Below are positions 1-9,741 of a DNA stretch of 64,000 nucleotides, piece after piece (the first letter of the stretch is position 1; the number at the start of each line of letters is the position of its first letter). Source of the DNA: Nitrospirota bacterium (GTDB taxonomy: Bacteria; JACPQY01); the NCBI GenBank assembly GCA_016180645.1, contig JACPAV010000003.1, positions 186,001 through 250,000 of the forward strand. Direction: 5' to 3'. The notes below the pieces were generated by a model that saw nothing but the letters and a program-made list of their open reading frames with translations, ran no database searches and was not told where the DNA came from. Made by a program: the position numbers and the translations under genes.

Positions 1-609
1 ATAGGAGAGGGAAAGGTGGAGAGAAACAGGCGGCAGGAAGAGCACCGGACCCATCCAGAGTTGGATGAGCCACGAATAGGGCATGAGTTGAACCCATTCC
101 TGCAAGACGGTCAGCGCGGGAATGAGGGCACACCCCGTGAGGGCCAGGAGTTGGGCCACGCGGGCCTGCGGTTTCTTCCAGAGAGCCACAAAGCCCGCCA
201 CGAGGAAGACCAAGCCCGTCACGAACCCGAGCAGGGCCGGACCGAGTCTCCCGTAGGGCTGGAGCGTGAGTGGGCGCTCGATATGCACGCCCGAGTGCTC
301 GACGGTGAACGTCACTTCCCGTCCCGCTTTGAGGGTCCGGCGAATGAGAAACAATTCCACGATCCCGTGGACATCCTTCCCATTCACGGAGACGATCGTG
401 TCTCCTCTTTGGAATCCGGCCCGGCCCGCCGGACTCTCCGGATCCACCGAAGTCACCACGGGGCTGAGCGCCGTGTGAAATCCGGAATAAGGCGAGCGAT
501 AAAGAACGACAAGGGCCACGAAGGCGAGGAGTGTGCCTAGTACCGCCGGCACGCCCAGCCACAGGAGAGGACGCCGGTCCTTGTCCTCCAGCGTCTCGCG
601 CCAACCCAT
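1..609 (-). CDS. N-terminal part of a membrane protein with a periplasmic PDZ domain (likely sensor input region); runs off the window
   Basis: Not in the ORF track. ATG at 609, 2 nt after the lolA stop, open to position 1: MGWRETLEDKDRRPLLWLGVPAVLGTLLAFVALVVLY (TM)...VVTSVDPESPAGRAGFQRGDTIVSVNG (PDZ signature), then further hydrophobic segments. Confidence 0.75.
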   Translation of the reverse strand, partial: MGWRETLEDKDRRPLLWLGVPAVLGTLLAFVALVVLYRSPYSGFHTALSPVVTSVDPESPAGRAGFQRGDTIVSVNGKDVHGIVELFLIRRTLKAGREVTFTVEHSGVHIERPLTLQPYGRLGPALLGFVTGLVFLVAGFVALWKKPQARVAQLLALTGCALIPALTVLQEWVQLMPYSWLIQLWMGPVLFLPPVSLHLSLSY

Positions 610-611
610 GG

Positions 612-1316
612 TCACTCCGCGGTTCTTGGGGACACGGGTGCGAGACTGGCCCCTCCCAGGAATTCTTCCAAACTGATGATCCGCGTCTTGGGTCCCGGTT
701 TGTAGGTAAAGGTCTCAACTTCGAATGCCTTTGCCTCTGCAAATCCTTCCAGCTTGATTTTGACCCTCTCTCCCATGGAGCCTTTCATTTCAAATCCGGT
801 GAGGACGGGCGGATCACCCTTGACGTAGAGTTGGATGGGACCGGTCCGGGTTTCCGCCTTGGGCATGAGCAGGATCAGCCACTCGCCTTCTTTGCCCATC
901 GCTGGGGTCACCTCGAACATTTTCTTGAAATCCCCCACCCCCGTGAGAAAGGCATAGCCCATCGGCCCGACCGCATCTGGAGCAAAGGCCCATGAAATCG
1001 CTTCATCCCGTTTCCAGTTGACGAGCCAGAGGTTCCGACCGTCAATGATGATGTCGCTCTTGTCCGGGTCTTCGTAGTCCCACCGCATCCTTGATGGGAT
1101 CATGACATTGACCCGCCCCTTGCGGGTGAAGGGCACATCGGAGCGCGGCAAACGCGTTTCTTCGGAAAAACGAGCGGAGTATCCCTTGATGGAACGGTAG
1201 TAAGCCTGTACCCGATCGACGATGTCGCCCGAAGCGTGAGCCCGCGAACCCGTGAGCCCGTGAACCAGTGAACCAGTAAGAATGAGAAGGAAAGTCTGAG
1301 CGGGACGCCGGATCAC
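612..1316 (-). CDS. lolA: outer-membrane lipoprotein carrier protein LolA
   Basis: Signal peptide, then YSARFSEE...KGRVNV.IPSRMRWDYEDP...IIIDGRNLW and C-terminal FTYKPG, typical of the LolA family. Confidence 0.85.
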   Translation of the reverse strand: MIRRPAQTFLLILTGSLVHGLTGSRAHASGDIVDRVQAYYRSIKGYSARFSEETRLPRSDVPFTRKGRVNVMIPSRMRWDYEDPDKSDIIIDGRNLWLVNWKRDEAISWAFAPDAVGPMGYAFLTGVGDFKKMFEVTPAMGKEGEWLILLMPKAETRTGPIQLYVKGDPPVLTGFEMKGSMGERVKIKLEGFAEAKAFEVETFTYKPGPKTRIISLEEFLGGASLAPVSPRTAE

Positions 1317-1348
1317 GGGGTCACGGGGTCACTGGATCACGACTCACG
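1235..1348. repeat. two opposed arrays of 8-mer repeats (GTGARCCM / TCACGGRK) flanking the lolA start
   Basis: gtgagccc-gcgaaccc-gtgagccc-gtgaacca-gtgaacca at ~1236-1277 and tcacgggg-tcacgggg-tcactgga-tcacgac-tcacgg at ~1313-1349. Confidence 0.65.
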
Positions 1349-4300
1349 GCCACCAAGGAGGCGAGCCGAATTCTCTGCACAGCGGATTCGTGATGCACGA
1401 GAGATGTCCGCCGGCGTTGACGCACTCCTCCAGGCTGTCCGTGACGAAACCGTCCAGCCGCTCCGAACCGGATTTCCGCCAGATGTCATCATTCACGAAA
1501 CATTCGCACATCATGGCATCCGGATCGGTGGGCGTAACGTTGCGAATGTATCCGTAGCGGAAAAGCGTCCCCGCCTGCTGCTGCGCGGCCTGCGTCAAGT
1601 CGATATCCAGGTACCCGTTGCCTTTCGCGTGGTCGCCTTCGATGGACTCGTCTTCGAATCCATCAAGCCGACGATTGCCCTCCGGACCGTTCGCGTTCGT
1701 CTCCGGACAATAATTGTCTCCGGACGGATCGGGATTCTCGTAGGGATCGTAGCCGTCCTCGGAGGAATTGAAAATTCCTTTGCCGTCGGCGCCGTCCCTC
1801 CCGATATCCTCATAGGGTATCGGCAGGAGGTACCATGCGTGTTGATCGGCATTGTAGGGGCGGAAGCCGGAAAAGTACCGGCCGTCGCGCGTCTCTTTCG
1901 TCCACGACAGTTCCGAGATCAGCGGCGCCCGTGTGTTCTCGGTCCCTTCCTCGCCGGAGCCGAAGCACGTAGCGCCGGGATCCAGCACCATGCACGCCTG
2001 CTGCCGGAGCGCATATCCATAGGCCAGCCCGGATTTGACGAAAGCAAGATGGGTCAGGTGATCGATGTACCCTGCCGCTCTGGCGAGCGCCACGCCCGTG
2101 TTGATCGGCACGGTCATGTCCCCCGTGGAGACTTGGATCACCACTTTCTTCGGACCGACATCGGCGAGGGGACGCACGTTGTAGAACGGCGCGTAGTTGA
2201 TGGGGTCGGCGCGCTCCATCACCGTTTGGGCCACGGAAGCCAGGAACGTCAGGTGCGATGAGTTACGGTCGGTCCCGAGCCCTTCCTGGCCTTTCTTGAC
2301 CTTGAATTGAGCGCACGGCCAGCCGTATTGGCTCCGGACGTACCGGCAGGCATCCTGCGGAAGGACCACGGCCGGAAGGGTCAGACCATCCGCGGCTTCA
2401 GCGGGAACGGTGACCACAATGGTGTCGCCGGGATCGGCCGCCACACGCCCCGAGAAGTTCCCGCCTTTCACAAAATCCCACGCCGGATCATTTGGATTTG
2501 GACCGGCCGTGAATCGCCTCGCCTCGCCGGATCGCACGTTGTGAATGATCACCGTCGACCCGTCCAGAATCGGAAGCTCGCATTCCTCTTTGACGTCGCA
2601 CGCGAGGTCTTTCACCTTCACCTTGCCGCCTTTGCCCCCGGTTTCGTTCACAGAAAGACCGATGACGCCGTCAAGGATCTGCCCGTCCTTCTCCACCGGA
2701 CGCCCGACCACGGTCGTACCCACAATGCCGAAGTACACCCGCTTGGCCACGGAGCCGAGGCTCGTTCGGATGAGGATGTCCAGCAGCCCCCCCCCCGGAA
2801 CGGTGAGCGCCGATCGGGTGACGAGCGGATCGACACCCGTCAGAATGCTGCCGATGATGCCGCCCAGGGACGTGCTCGTATAATAGATCTCGCGGTCCGG
2901 ACCTCCGACGTCGCAGGTCCCGATCAGGCCGTTCGCGCCCACTTCCTCGTCCAGGTCAAAATTCCCCTCCATCATGTCCAACTTCCCGTTACGGTCGTTA
3001 TCGCGGCAGAAGTTCTTGATCACGCGCGCGAACTGCATGGCATCCACGGCCGACTGACGGAAATGGTCGCGCGTCTTCTGAATATTCACATCGAAGAAGC
3101 TGTCTCCCTGGTCGCGCACGCCGTCGCCGTTCGTATCATGCGACCGCCCGTAGAAGAGGAGCGCACGGAAGAGGCCCACGCTCTTGAGCGCGTCCGACAC
3201 CTCCCGGATGTGCTTGTACTGATCCCGTGGAGGCTCCAGCCCGATCATCGGGAAGATGCTCCCGTTCAGAATGGTCGTCGCCAACCCGGTGATCGCGGGC
3301 ACGAGCGCGCTCACATCGATTCCCGCCACGTTGCCCAGACTTTCCGCATCGACGCCGAACGGTTCCAGAGCCTTGGCGACGTCATCCAAATTCGGGTCCC
3401 GATCCGTCGGCAAGTTTTCAAACAGGCGGAAGAGATCGAACAGCGGTCCGTGGCCGTAATAGTCCAGGCCCGCCGTGGCGATGCAATATCGCGCGAGGTA
3501 GTTTGCTTGGAATAGCGCCGTGAAGCCGGAAGCGGTGTTGCCGTGACCGTAGATGACCACGGGATACGGCGGGGGACCGCAGTTGTTTTCCCTGGTGGGT
3601 TTGGGAACGGTGATGACGAAGGGGATGCCTCGATCGCCGTCCCACGGGTCCTCCATCATGCGCGCGTCGAATTCTCCCGTCGCCGCGTTGAGCGAAAACA
3701 CGCCCCGCTCGTTTTCGACGAACGAGGGTGAAATGAAACTTCCGAACACGGAGTAATCGACGTTGTGGAAGGCCGTCTGGTATTCGAGGGGAAGCGGCGC
3801 CTCGCCGATGGCGCCGGCCACCAGCGATTTCAGCGCGCCATTGAAGATATCGTTCACCAGCCCCGCGAGAAAGGAGCTCCGGAGGATGTAGGGGTTCTCA
3901 TCCCGCTCGATGTCGGGCCGATCCTGGAAGCCGATGAGCTTGACGTCCCTCGCGTTGAGCGGTTCGCGCACGCTCAGATCGTAGAGGGTCAGGATTCGCG
4001 CCGGAAACATCTGCCGGAGCCGGGCGAACGGCCCTTGACCGTCCATCCCCTGCCGGATCTGGACGAGGTCGCACGAGACGCATTGCGTCGTGTAAGCCCA
4101 CATGAAAGCCACTTCACTCTGGATCAAGCCAAAGCGGTCGAGGCCGTCCCACACGGGCCGCAGCGATTCGGTCTGGAAGACGTGGTTGATCGAGTCAAAC
4201 GGCGATCGGATCGATTGGTCATTGAGATCGTGGATTCGAGTGGTGAGAATGACGGCGTATTTGGATTTCTCCACCAGCGGTTCCAGAGGTCTGAACAGAA

Positions 4301-5036
4301 GGGTGTTCGAGGAGTAGTCGAAAAACTCCCAGCGACTCCCCCTCGCCGGATCGGCCATTGGTTTTTTGCCGGATTCGAGCATCGCCTTGAGTTCAAGCGG
4401 TTTCTCCCGCCCCAAATTGAAGAGCGCGCGATTGAAGGGGTGGTACAGGAATGAGGGCCAGTTCTTGAGCGGATCGTTCGCCCAGTAGTCATCCGCGCCG
4501 CCCTTGACGTCGAACGGGAAGAACCCCTCCCCGAGGTCGACCGGCGATGCATCAAGAGTATCGATCCGGATCAGATAGACGCTGTTCGTCCGATCGGCGG
4601 GGTCCAGCGCGTTGTATCGGACCGTATTGACGTTGATCGGACCGTCGAAGGGCACGGTGATCGGCGCATACGTTCCGAAGCCGTCCAATTCATTGAGACC
4701 GCGGCGAACGCTGTTCTCCAGTTCCGTCGATGCGTCCAGCGGGAGATTGACCTTCAACCCCGTGATCGCATCCGGGTCGAAACGCGTGAGCACGTTGTTC
4801 GGAAAGGGAATCCGCGGATCGGGCTTGGCCAGCGGTTCCCACGCCACCTTCACTCCATCGCCCGTGCCACCGTTGACGTCCTTCGTGGGCCGCAGACCGG
4901 CAAGACCGACCCCGCTCCCGCCGAGGCCGTCGCAGGCGGACGTGAGGAGTGATGCGTGAAGCGTGACAAAGAGCGTGATGAGTGATGAGTGATGAGTGAT
5001 GCGATGGATCAAGAATCGGGGTTTCACATCACTCAT
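1344..5036 (-). CDS. large lipoprotein with an alpha/beta-hydrolase (lipase-like) core and Ca-binding DxDxDG loops
   Basis: Lipobox-like TSAC; PFPNN...LNELDGFG N-terminal motif; PVVIYGHG oxyanion motif; STSLGGIIG nucleophile elbow; GDMTVP acid motif; DTNGDGVRD and DNDRNGKLD loops. Confidence 0.75.
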   Translation of the reverse strand: MSDVKPRFLIHRITHHSSLITLFVTLHASLLTSACDGLGGSGVGLAGLRPTKDVNGGTGDGVKVAWEPLAKPDPRIPFPNNVLTRFDPDAITGLKVNLPLDASTELENSVRRGLNELDGFGTYAPITVPFDGPINVNTVRYNALDPADRTNSVYLIRIDTLDASPVDLGEGFFPFDVKGGADDYWANDPLKNWPSFLYHPFNRALFNLGREKPLELKAMLESGKKPMADPARGSRWEFFDYSSNTLLFRPLEPLVEKSKYAVILTTRIHDLNDQSIRSPFDSINHVFQTESLRPVWDGLDRFGLIQSEVAFMWAYTTQCVSCDLVQIRQGMDGQGPFARLRQMFPARILTLYDLSVREPLNARDVKLIGFQDRPDIERDENPYILRSSFLAGLVNDIFNGALKSLVAGAIGEAPLPLEYQTAFHNVDYSVFGSFISPSFVENERGVFSLNAATGEFDARMMEDPWDGDRGIPFVITVPKPTRENNCGPPPYPVVIYGHGNTASGFTALFQANYLARYCIATAGLDYYGHGPLFDLFRLFENLPTDRDPNLDDVAKALEPFGVDAESLGNVAGIDVSALVPAITGLATTILNGSIFPMIGLEPPRDQYKHIREVSDALKSVGLFRALLFYGRSHDTNGDGVRDQGDSFFDVNIQKTRDHFRQSAVDAMQFARVIKNFCRDNDRNGKLDMMEGNFDLDEEVGANGLIGTCDVGGPDREIYYTSTSLGGIIGSILTGVDPLVTRSALTVPGGGLLDILIRTSLGSVAKRVYFGIVGTTVVGRPVEKDGQILDGVIGLSVNETGGKGGKVKVKDLACDVKEECELPILDGSTVIIHNVRSGEARRFTAGPNPNDPAWDFVKGGNFSGRVAADPGDTIVVTVPAEAADGLTLPAVVLPQDACRYVRSQYGWPCAQFKVKKGQEGLGTDRNSSHLTFLASVAQTVMERADPINYAPFYNVRPLADVGPKKVVIQVSTGDMTVPINTGVALARAAGYIDHLTHLAFVKSGLAYGYALRQQACMVLDPGATCFGSGEEGTENTRAPLISELSWTKETRDGRYFSGFRPYNADQHAWYLLPIPYEDIGRDGADGKGIFNSSEDGYDPYENPDPSGDNYCPETNANGPEGNRRLDGFEDESIEGDHAKGNGYLDIDLTQAAQQQAGTLFRYGYIRNVTPTDPDAMMCECFVNDDIWRKSGSERLDGFVTDSLEECVNAGGHLSCITNPLCREFGSPPWWP

Positions 5037-5136
5037 GGCACATCACCGTTCACGTCTTCCCGGGGTTTCACTTCACTCATCACACCTCACCCTTCACGTC
5101 TTCCTGGGGTTTCACATCACCCTTCACACTTCACGC
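4941..5136. repeat. heptamer repeat arrays (GTGATGA/GTGAAGC opposed to TTCAC-containing repeats) including a ~44-bp unit present about three times
   Basis: gtgatga x3 at 4976-4996; ggggtttcacWtcac unit starting near 5018, 5062 and 5106. Confidence 0.75.
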
Positions 5137-5892
5137 TTTACGTTTCTCGATGAACGCCTTCACGCCCTCCGCCGCTTCCTGGGTCGTGGAGAGGTATTCG
5201 AACAGGCGGGATTCCAGTTCCAGTCCCTTCGAGGTCGGGAGTTCCATACTCTCCTTAACGGCCTGGAGGATGGCCGCCATGGCGGGACCGGCCTTCTGCG
5301 CCAGTTTCGCCGCAAGAGTGTCCGCCTCTTCCGCCAATTTTTCCGGCGGGACGACTTTCGTGACCAATCCCATCGCAAGGGCTTCCTGGGCGGTGACGAA
5401 ATCACCGGTCAATGTCAGGTGCATCGCCCTCCCCACGCCGACGAGACGCGCAAGCCGCTGGGTGCCTCCCCAACCGGGCATGATTCCGAGGTTGATTTCC
5501 GGCAATCCCATTTTCGCCTTCTCCGATGCAATCCGGATGGAACAGGCGAGCGCAACTTCCATCCCTCCTCCCAACGCGAACCCGTTGATCGCCGCGATGG
5601 TCGGCTTCCGGCACGTTTCAATTTCTCGCGTCACCTTCTGCATCCGCTCGATGAACGCGCGGGATTTCGCCGGATCGCCGATGGGAATCTCCTTCACGTC
5701 CGCGCCCGCCACAAAGGCTTTGTCTCCCGCCCCGGTAAAGAGCCCAACCTTGACCTCCGGATCGCCCGCCAGCGTGGCGACGGCCTCATCCAATTCCCTG
5801 GCCGTGGCCTGATTGATGGCATTGAGGGCGTCGGGCCGGTTGAAGGTGATCTTGAGAACGGAGCCATTCGTTTCGGTCAGAACATTCGGCAA
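5131..5892 (-). CDS. enoyl-CoA hydratase/isomerase (crotonase family)
   Basis: NRPDALNA, AFVAGADV, AAINGFALGGGMEVALAC, PEINLGIMPGWGGTQRL; TTG start with an AAGGAGG RBS. Confidence 0.95.
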   Translation of the reverse strand: MPNVLTETNGSVLKITFNRPDALNAINQATARELDEAVATLAGDPEVKVGLFTGAGDKAFVAGADVKEIPIGDPAKSRAFIERMQKVTREIETCRKPTIAAINGFALGGGMEVALACSIRIASEKAKMGLPEINLGIMPGWGGTQRLARLVGVGRAMHLTLTGDFVTAQEALAMGLVTKVVPPEKLAEEADTLAAKLAQKAGPAMAAILQAVKESMELPTSKGLELESRLFEYLSTTQEAAEGVKAFIEKRKA

Positions 5893-6013
5893 GAGATCCT
5901 CCTTCCGCCGAGCATTCTAGAGAGGCCGATCGGTCTTTGCAACGCAAAACCAGGCACGGCTCGGCGGCTTGACTTCACTCCGCGGAACGGTAGGATGGTC
6001 CACGAGGGCCTTG

Positions 6014-9000
6014 GTGCACAAATACGCGATGCTTCCGCTTGCCTTGGCTGCGTGGGGAGGATTTGCCTGCGGCGTGGAGCTGCCCGGCAACGAACAAGGC
6101 GCCAAGGGCCCTGAGGGCGAAGTGGAACACATCATCGACACCGCCCCTCCCGTCAAAATCACAACCCTCGGGGACGCGGTGAAATGGCTCGATCGCATCC
6201 CCGGTCCCATCTCACTCACCGAATCGTTCAAGAAAGAGGATGCGGACGAGGCCCTCAAGTTTTCCCTCCGCGAAGAAGCCCTCTCCATCATCGGACTAGG
6301 TCTATCGGTCGCCGCTCATCTGGATGAAAAGAACATCTTTCCCACTCCGGATGTGAAGGAGGGCGGCACAACGACGCCATCGGACGGCTGCGGAACCGAC
6401 GGGAAGGCCGTTTCGCTGGGGCCATCCTGCCAAGCCTTCTATCAGAAGATATGCGCCTGCCCGGGACTCACGAAGGTCATGGCCGATTCGTGCAAGTCGA
6501 TCTTGGCAGGAGGATCGGTTTGCGAGCTCGATTTGACGCTGGCGGATGAAGCCATGTGCGCAGACATTCTTGGACCAACCGGATTCGATGTCTGCCAGCT
6601 CCTCGGTGCGTCCTCCACGCCCGCCACGACTGCCGGGACCACACCCACAACCCGCAAGGCTTGGAGGTTTCCCTACAGGGCGGAAACCTCCTCCTCCGGC
6701 CCCGGCTCAGGCGGCTCACCCGCCACGGGAGCAACGCCATCCAAGTCCGCCGCCTGCCCTCAAGTGACAAACCGGTCGGACGCCGCCACCGGACTCGTGG
6801 ATATCGCGATCACGGGCGGGTGCACCAACCCTCGCGGACCGATCGGGGAGACCGCATACGCCGGCACCATCACCCTCACCGGAAAATTGACGGATACCGA
6901 AGCCAATCTCCAGATTGCCGTGGCGGAACCCTTCACCCTCCAATCGAAATCGCTCACCCTGGCGGTCAGGGGTTCGGCCCATGCGCAGGGCGTGGCCGAT
7001 CCGGCCGCCCAGACCGGCCGCTTGTCTACGGAGGGAGACCTGTGGGTGGATGTGGCCGGCACCGATCCCATGCCTCTCCTGGTCGGATCGCCGCAGATCG
7101 CATGGAAGACCGGGGAGACAGAAGCAAACGGGTCTCTAAGCTTCTCGCAATGGCTCGTCGACTCATCGGGGCGGGGGCGGATCGGCCCACCCGGTTGGAG
7201 GACGACCACGTTCGGCGCCGCCTACGATCACATGACTGTTCGTGTCGATCCCGCCGGCGTGTTCACCCTGGATGGAACCCTGCGGCTGTCGCAGACGGCC
7301 CAGGGAGGGAAACTCCTCCAAGCGAAGGACGAGGACGAGGTCCCGCCGGAAGGTTCGATCCAAGTCGTCATGAAGAAAGTAACGCGGAGCACGGACTGCG
7401 CGCTGGAGCCTCTCTCCGGCAAGGTCGAACTCAAGGGCGACAAGACCGCCACGGTGACCTTCAACGGCGGGGAAGATTGCGACGGAAGGGCCTTGATCGC
7501 CCTCGCGGATATTGCATCGGCGGAGGTATGCGTGATCGGCGGCCATTGCCCTGCCACGCTCTCCGAGGCCATCGCCGAGTTGGAAATCGCTCCCACGCTC
7601 GCCAAGAAGCCGACGGCGGCCACCACGGGCGCCACGGAGAAGGACCTGCTGGCGGCTCTGGCCCAGGCCACTCCCGAGGAGCTTGCCATCGACGCGAACG
7701 GAAACGGAACGACCGAGGGGGAAGACCTCCTCCGTCTGCTTCGGACCCGGATCGCCTTCGCGCCAAACGAAAGACCCGTTCCGGGCCAAACCCAAACGAT
7801 CACTGAAGCGGCCCTGGAAAGACTCGCCGCCCTCGATCCGGCCCGTTTGGACGACGTCCGCTTTCTGCTTGTCGTTTACAATCTGGCCCAAACTCTGAAA
7901 CCCATTACCGATTTCCTCGGCGCCATGACGGGCCTGTCTTCGGGCGGTTTGCCCGGCGCCAATACCTTCGTCAGCCCCGTGATCTCCATCGTCAGCCCGG
8001 ATACCCCGTGCATCGAGGGAGGGCTCGCCCAATGCGGAAAAGATCTCGCCGGGACGGTCGCCGCCCTCGGAAATTCGATCGCCAAGCCCGGCGGCTACCG
8101 GCTGGGTCCCACCCCAATCGTCCTGGGAAGTTTCACCTTCGAGCTGGGCGGCCTCTACAACGAGGCGGCGTTCCGCACGCTCGGCGCCCTGGGTGAAGGC
8201 CTGCACTCCGCGATCTACTTCCTGGCGGCGCACGTGGACATCACCAGCCTTCTGAGCGAGGCCACGTACCTCATGGACAGTGGATTGAACTTCGATTTCG
8301 AAACGGCGGGCCAAGTGTTGACGACCATCGATCAGGTGGATGGGCTCATTCTGAAACTGCTGGGCGGTCCACTGAGTATCGCAGGAGGAGCAGACCGCCT
8401 CCGAACCGCCCGGGACAGCGCCGTGCAGGCATCGAAGTGGGTCCTGGGCGGCGGCACCGCCAAGCCGGCGCTGGTGACGGCTCTCGAAGCCGGCCGGGAG
8501 AAAGATGCCATCGTGCGGTTCGACGACGGCGGTGACGGCCTCCTGAACGGCTGTGACACCATCACCCTCAACATCCTGCCCCCAGCTTACAGCGCTCTCG
8601 CGTCCCTCCTTCTCCTTCAGACCGCGGCCGAAGGCTGCCCCACCGCGCCCCAAGGGCTGACGCTTCAGCTCCCTCGCACGCAGAATGGACGGGCCATCGA
8701 CTACACAGGGCTCTTCCCGCGTCAAGCCGCCGTCCTCTCCAAGCTTCCCACCGTTCTCACCGACAAATCGAGCGGTCTGACCTCCCGCGAGGTCACCACA
8801 CTCCTGTTCGATACCTTTGCCGACACGTTCGGAGACGCTTTCCAGATCTTTCCGGCCGTCCTCTTCGAGTCGGGCCTGAGCGCCCTCACCCCCGCGTCCA
8901 CCGGCTCCGGCTCCACCACTCGGCTCGTCCTGGAAGCGGAGGTCAACGCGGATGCCCCGAAATGCCCCTACGGCCGTCCAACCGCCCCGGGATACACCTC

Positions 9001-9442
9001 AGCCTACGTCTGCCGGGACAAGCAAGGCGTGAAGGATTGGTCAGCCTCCCTCACCTTCGGCGACAGCGATCATTTTTCCGCCCAGCTCGCCAAGGACGGT
9101 CTTTTTGTAAACGAAGCGCTCCTGAACGCCGCGGGCGCGCCGGCGGACCACCTGTTCAGAGCGGCGAGAGGAGGAGGTTTCCTGCTCTACCTCCGAATGA
9201 AAGATCCCGCCTTGAAAGGACTCTTCAAGGCTTCCGACAGGCTGATCACGGAACTCACAAATACGAGCACCGGCGTGTGCAGCCGGACGATCGGCGCCGC
9301 CCCCGCCACGGGCTACGTTTCCACGGACGACCGTGTCATCAACGCTTTCGTCAACTGGGTCGAGATCCAGGCCGAAGTCTGCGGCGCCACGGGCCAGATG
9401 AGTTCGTACGCCTCTTCCCTCCTCGCCCGAGCATCCCAGTAG
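6014..9442 (+). CDS. large hypothetical lipoprotein (~1140 aa) with a Cys-rich N-terminal domain
   Basis: ORF 5969..9442. Probable GTG start at 6014 (GAGGG upstream) giving MHKYAMLPLALAAWGGFAC lipobox; paired cysteines; DANGNGTTEGED EF-hand-like loop. Confidence 0.8.
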   Translation: MHKYAMLPLALAAWGGFACGVELPGNEQGAKGPEGEVEHIIDTAPPVKITTLGDAVKWLDRIPGPISLTESFKKEDADEALKFSLREEALSIIGLGLSVAAHLDEKNIFPTPDVKEGGTTTPSDGCGTDGKAVSLGPSCQAFYQKICACPGLTKVMADSCKSILAGGSVCELDLTLADEAMCADILGPTGFDVCQLLGASSTPATTAGTTPTTRKAWRFPYRAETSSSGPGSGGSPATGATPSKSAACPQVTNRSDAATGLVDIAITGGCTNPRGPIGETAYAGTITLTGKLTDTEANLQIAVAEPFTLQSKSLTLAVRGSAHAQGVADPAAQTGRLSTEGDLWVDVAGTDPMPLLVGSPQIAWKTGETEANGSLSFSQWLVDSSGRGRIGPPGWRTTTFGAAYDHMTVRVDPAGVFTLDGTLRLSQTAQGGKLLQAKDEDEVPPEGSIQVVMKKVTRSTDCALEPLSGKVELKGDKTATVTFNGGEDCDGRALIALADIASAEVCVIGGHCPATLSEAIAELEIAPTLAKKPTAATTGATEKDLLAALAQATPEELAIDANGNGTTEGEDLLRLLRTRIAFAPNERPVPGQTQTITEAALERLAALDPARLDDVRFLLVVYNLAQTLKPITDFLGAMTGLSSGGLPGANTFVSPVISIVSPDTPCIEGGLAQCGKDLAGTVAALGNSIAKPGGYRLGPTPIVLGSFTFELGGLYNEAAFRTLGALGEGLHSAIYFLAAHVDITSLLSEATYLMDSGLNFDFETAGQVLTTIDQVDGLILKLLGGPLSIAGGADRLRTARDSAVQASKWVLGGGTAKPALVTALEAGREKDAIVRFDDGGDGLLNGCDTITLNILPPAYSALASLLLLQTAAEGCPTAPQGLTLQLPRTQNGRAIDYTGLFPRQAAVLSKLPTVLTDKSSGLTSREVTTLLFDTFADTFGDAFQIFPAVLFESGLSALTPASTGSGSTTRLVLEAEVNADAPKCPYGRPTAPGYTSAYVCRDKQGVKDWSASLTFGDSDHFSAQLAKDGLFVNEALLNAAGAPADHLFRAARGGGFLLYLRMKDPALKGLFKASDRLITELTNTSTGVCSRTIGAAPATGYVSTDDRVINAFVNWVEIQAEVCGATGQMSSYASSLLARASQ

Positions 9443-9460
9443 TGTAGAACCCCGACCTTC

Positions 9461-9701
9461 ATGCGGCGGTGGCGGCGATCCCTCCTGGTCCTTCCCCCTG
9501 TGCGTATCCTGCGCCTCCGGCGAAAAGACGGATCGCCCGGCCCGCCCTGCGTCGATCGCCTCCGTGCGTGAATTGGGACCGCTCGAGACGACGACGGCCG
9601 TGAAGGGACGGGACGGCGGCAAGATCGAGTACGTCACCTACTTCCGTTCCACCGGCCCCTGGACGGGCGAAATCCGGCTCGTCGAGGTGGAACTCCAGTA
9701 G
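9461..9701 (+). pseudogene. frameshifted, internally deleted lipoprotein gene remnant
   Basis: ATG 9461 gives MRRWRRSLLVLP. Removing one C from the C5 run gives LCVSC (lipobox) ASGEK...VRELGPLETTTAVKGRDGG-KIEYVTYFRSTGPWTGEIRLVEVELQ-stop. Confidence 0.5.
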
Positions 9702-9741
9702 CGCCGGGCAAAGGACACCGACCCCGAAGCGTTCCGAAAAA

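Noticed and set aside
16-540. 174-aa plus-strand ORF at the window start
   Set aside because: It is antisense to a better-supported PDZ/TM reading frame on the minus strand.
5017-5136. ~44-bp and 57-bp periodic repeats (also 50477-50596) as possible CRISPR arrays
   Set aside because: Only 2-3 units, no unique spacers between constant repeats, and no cas genes.
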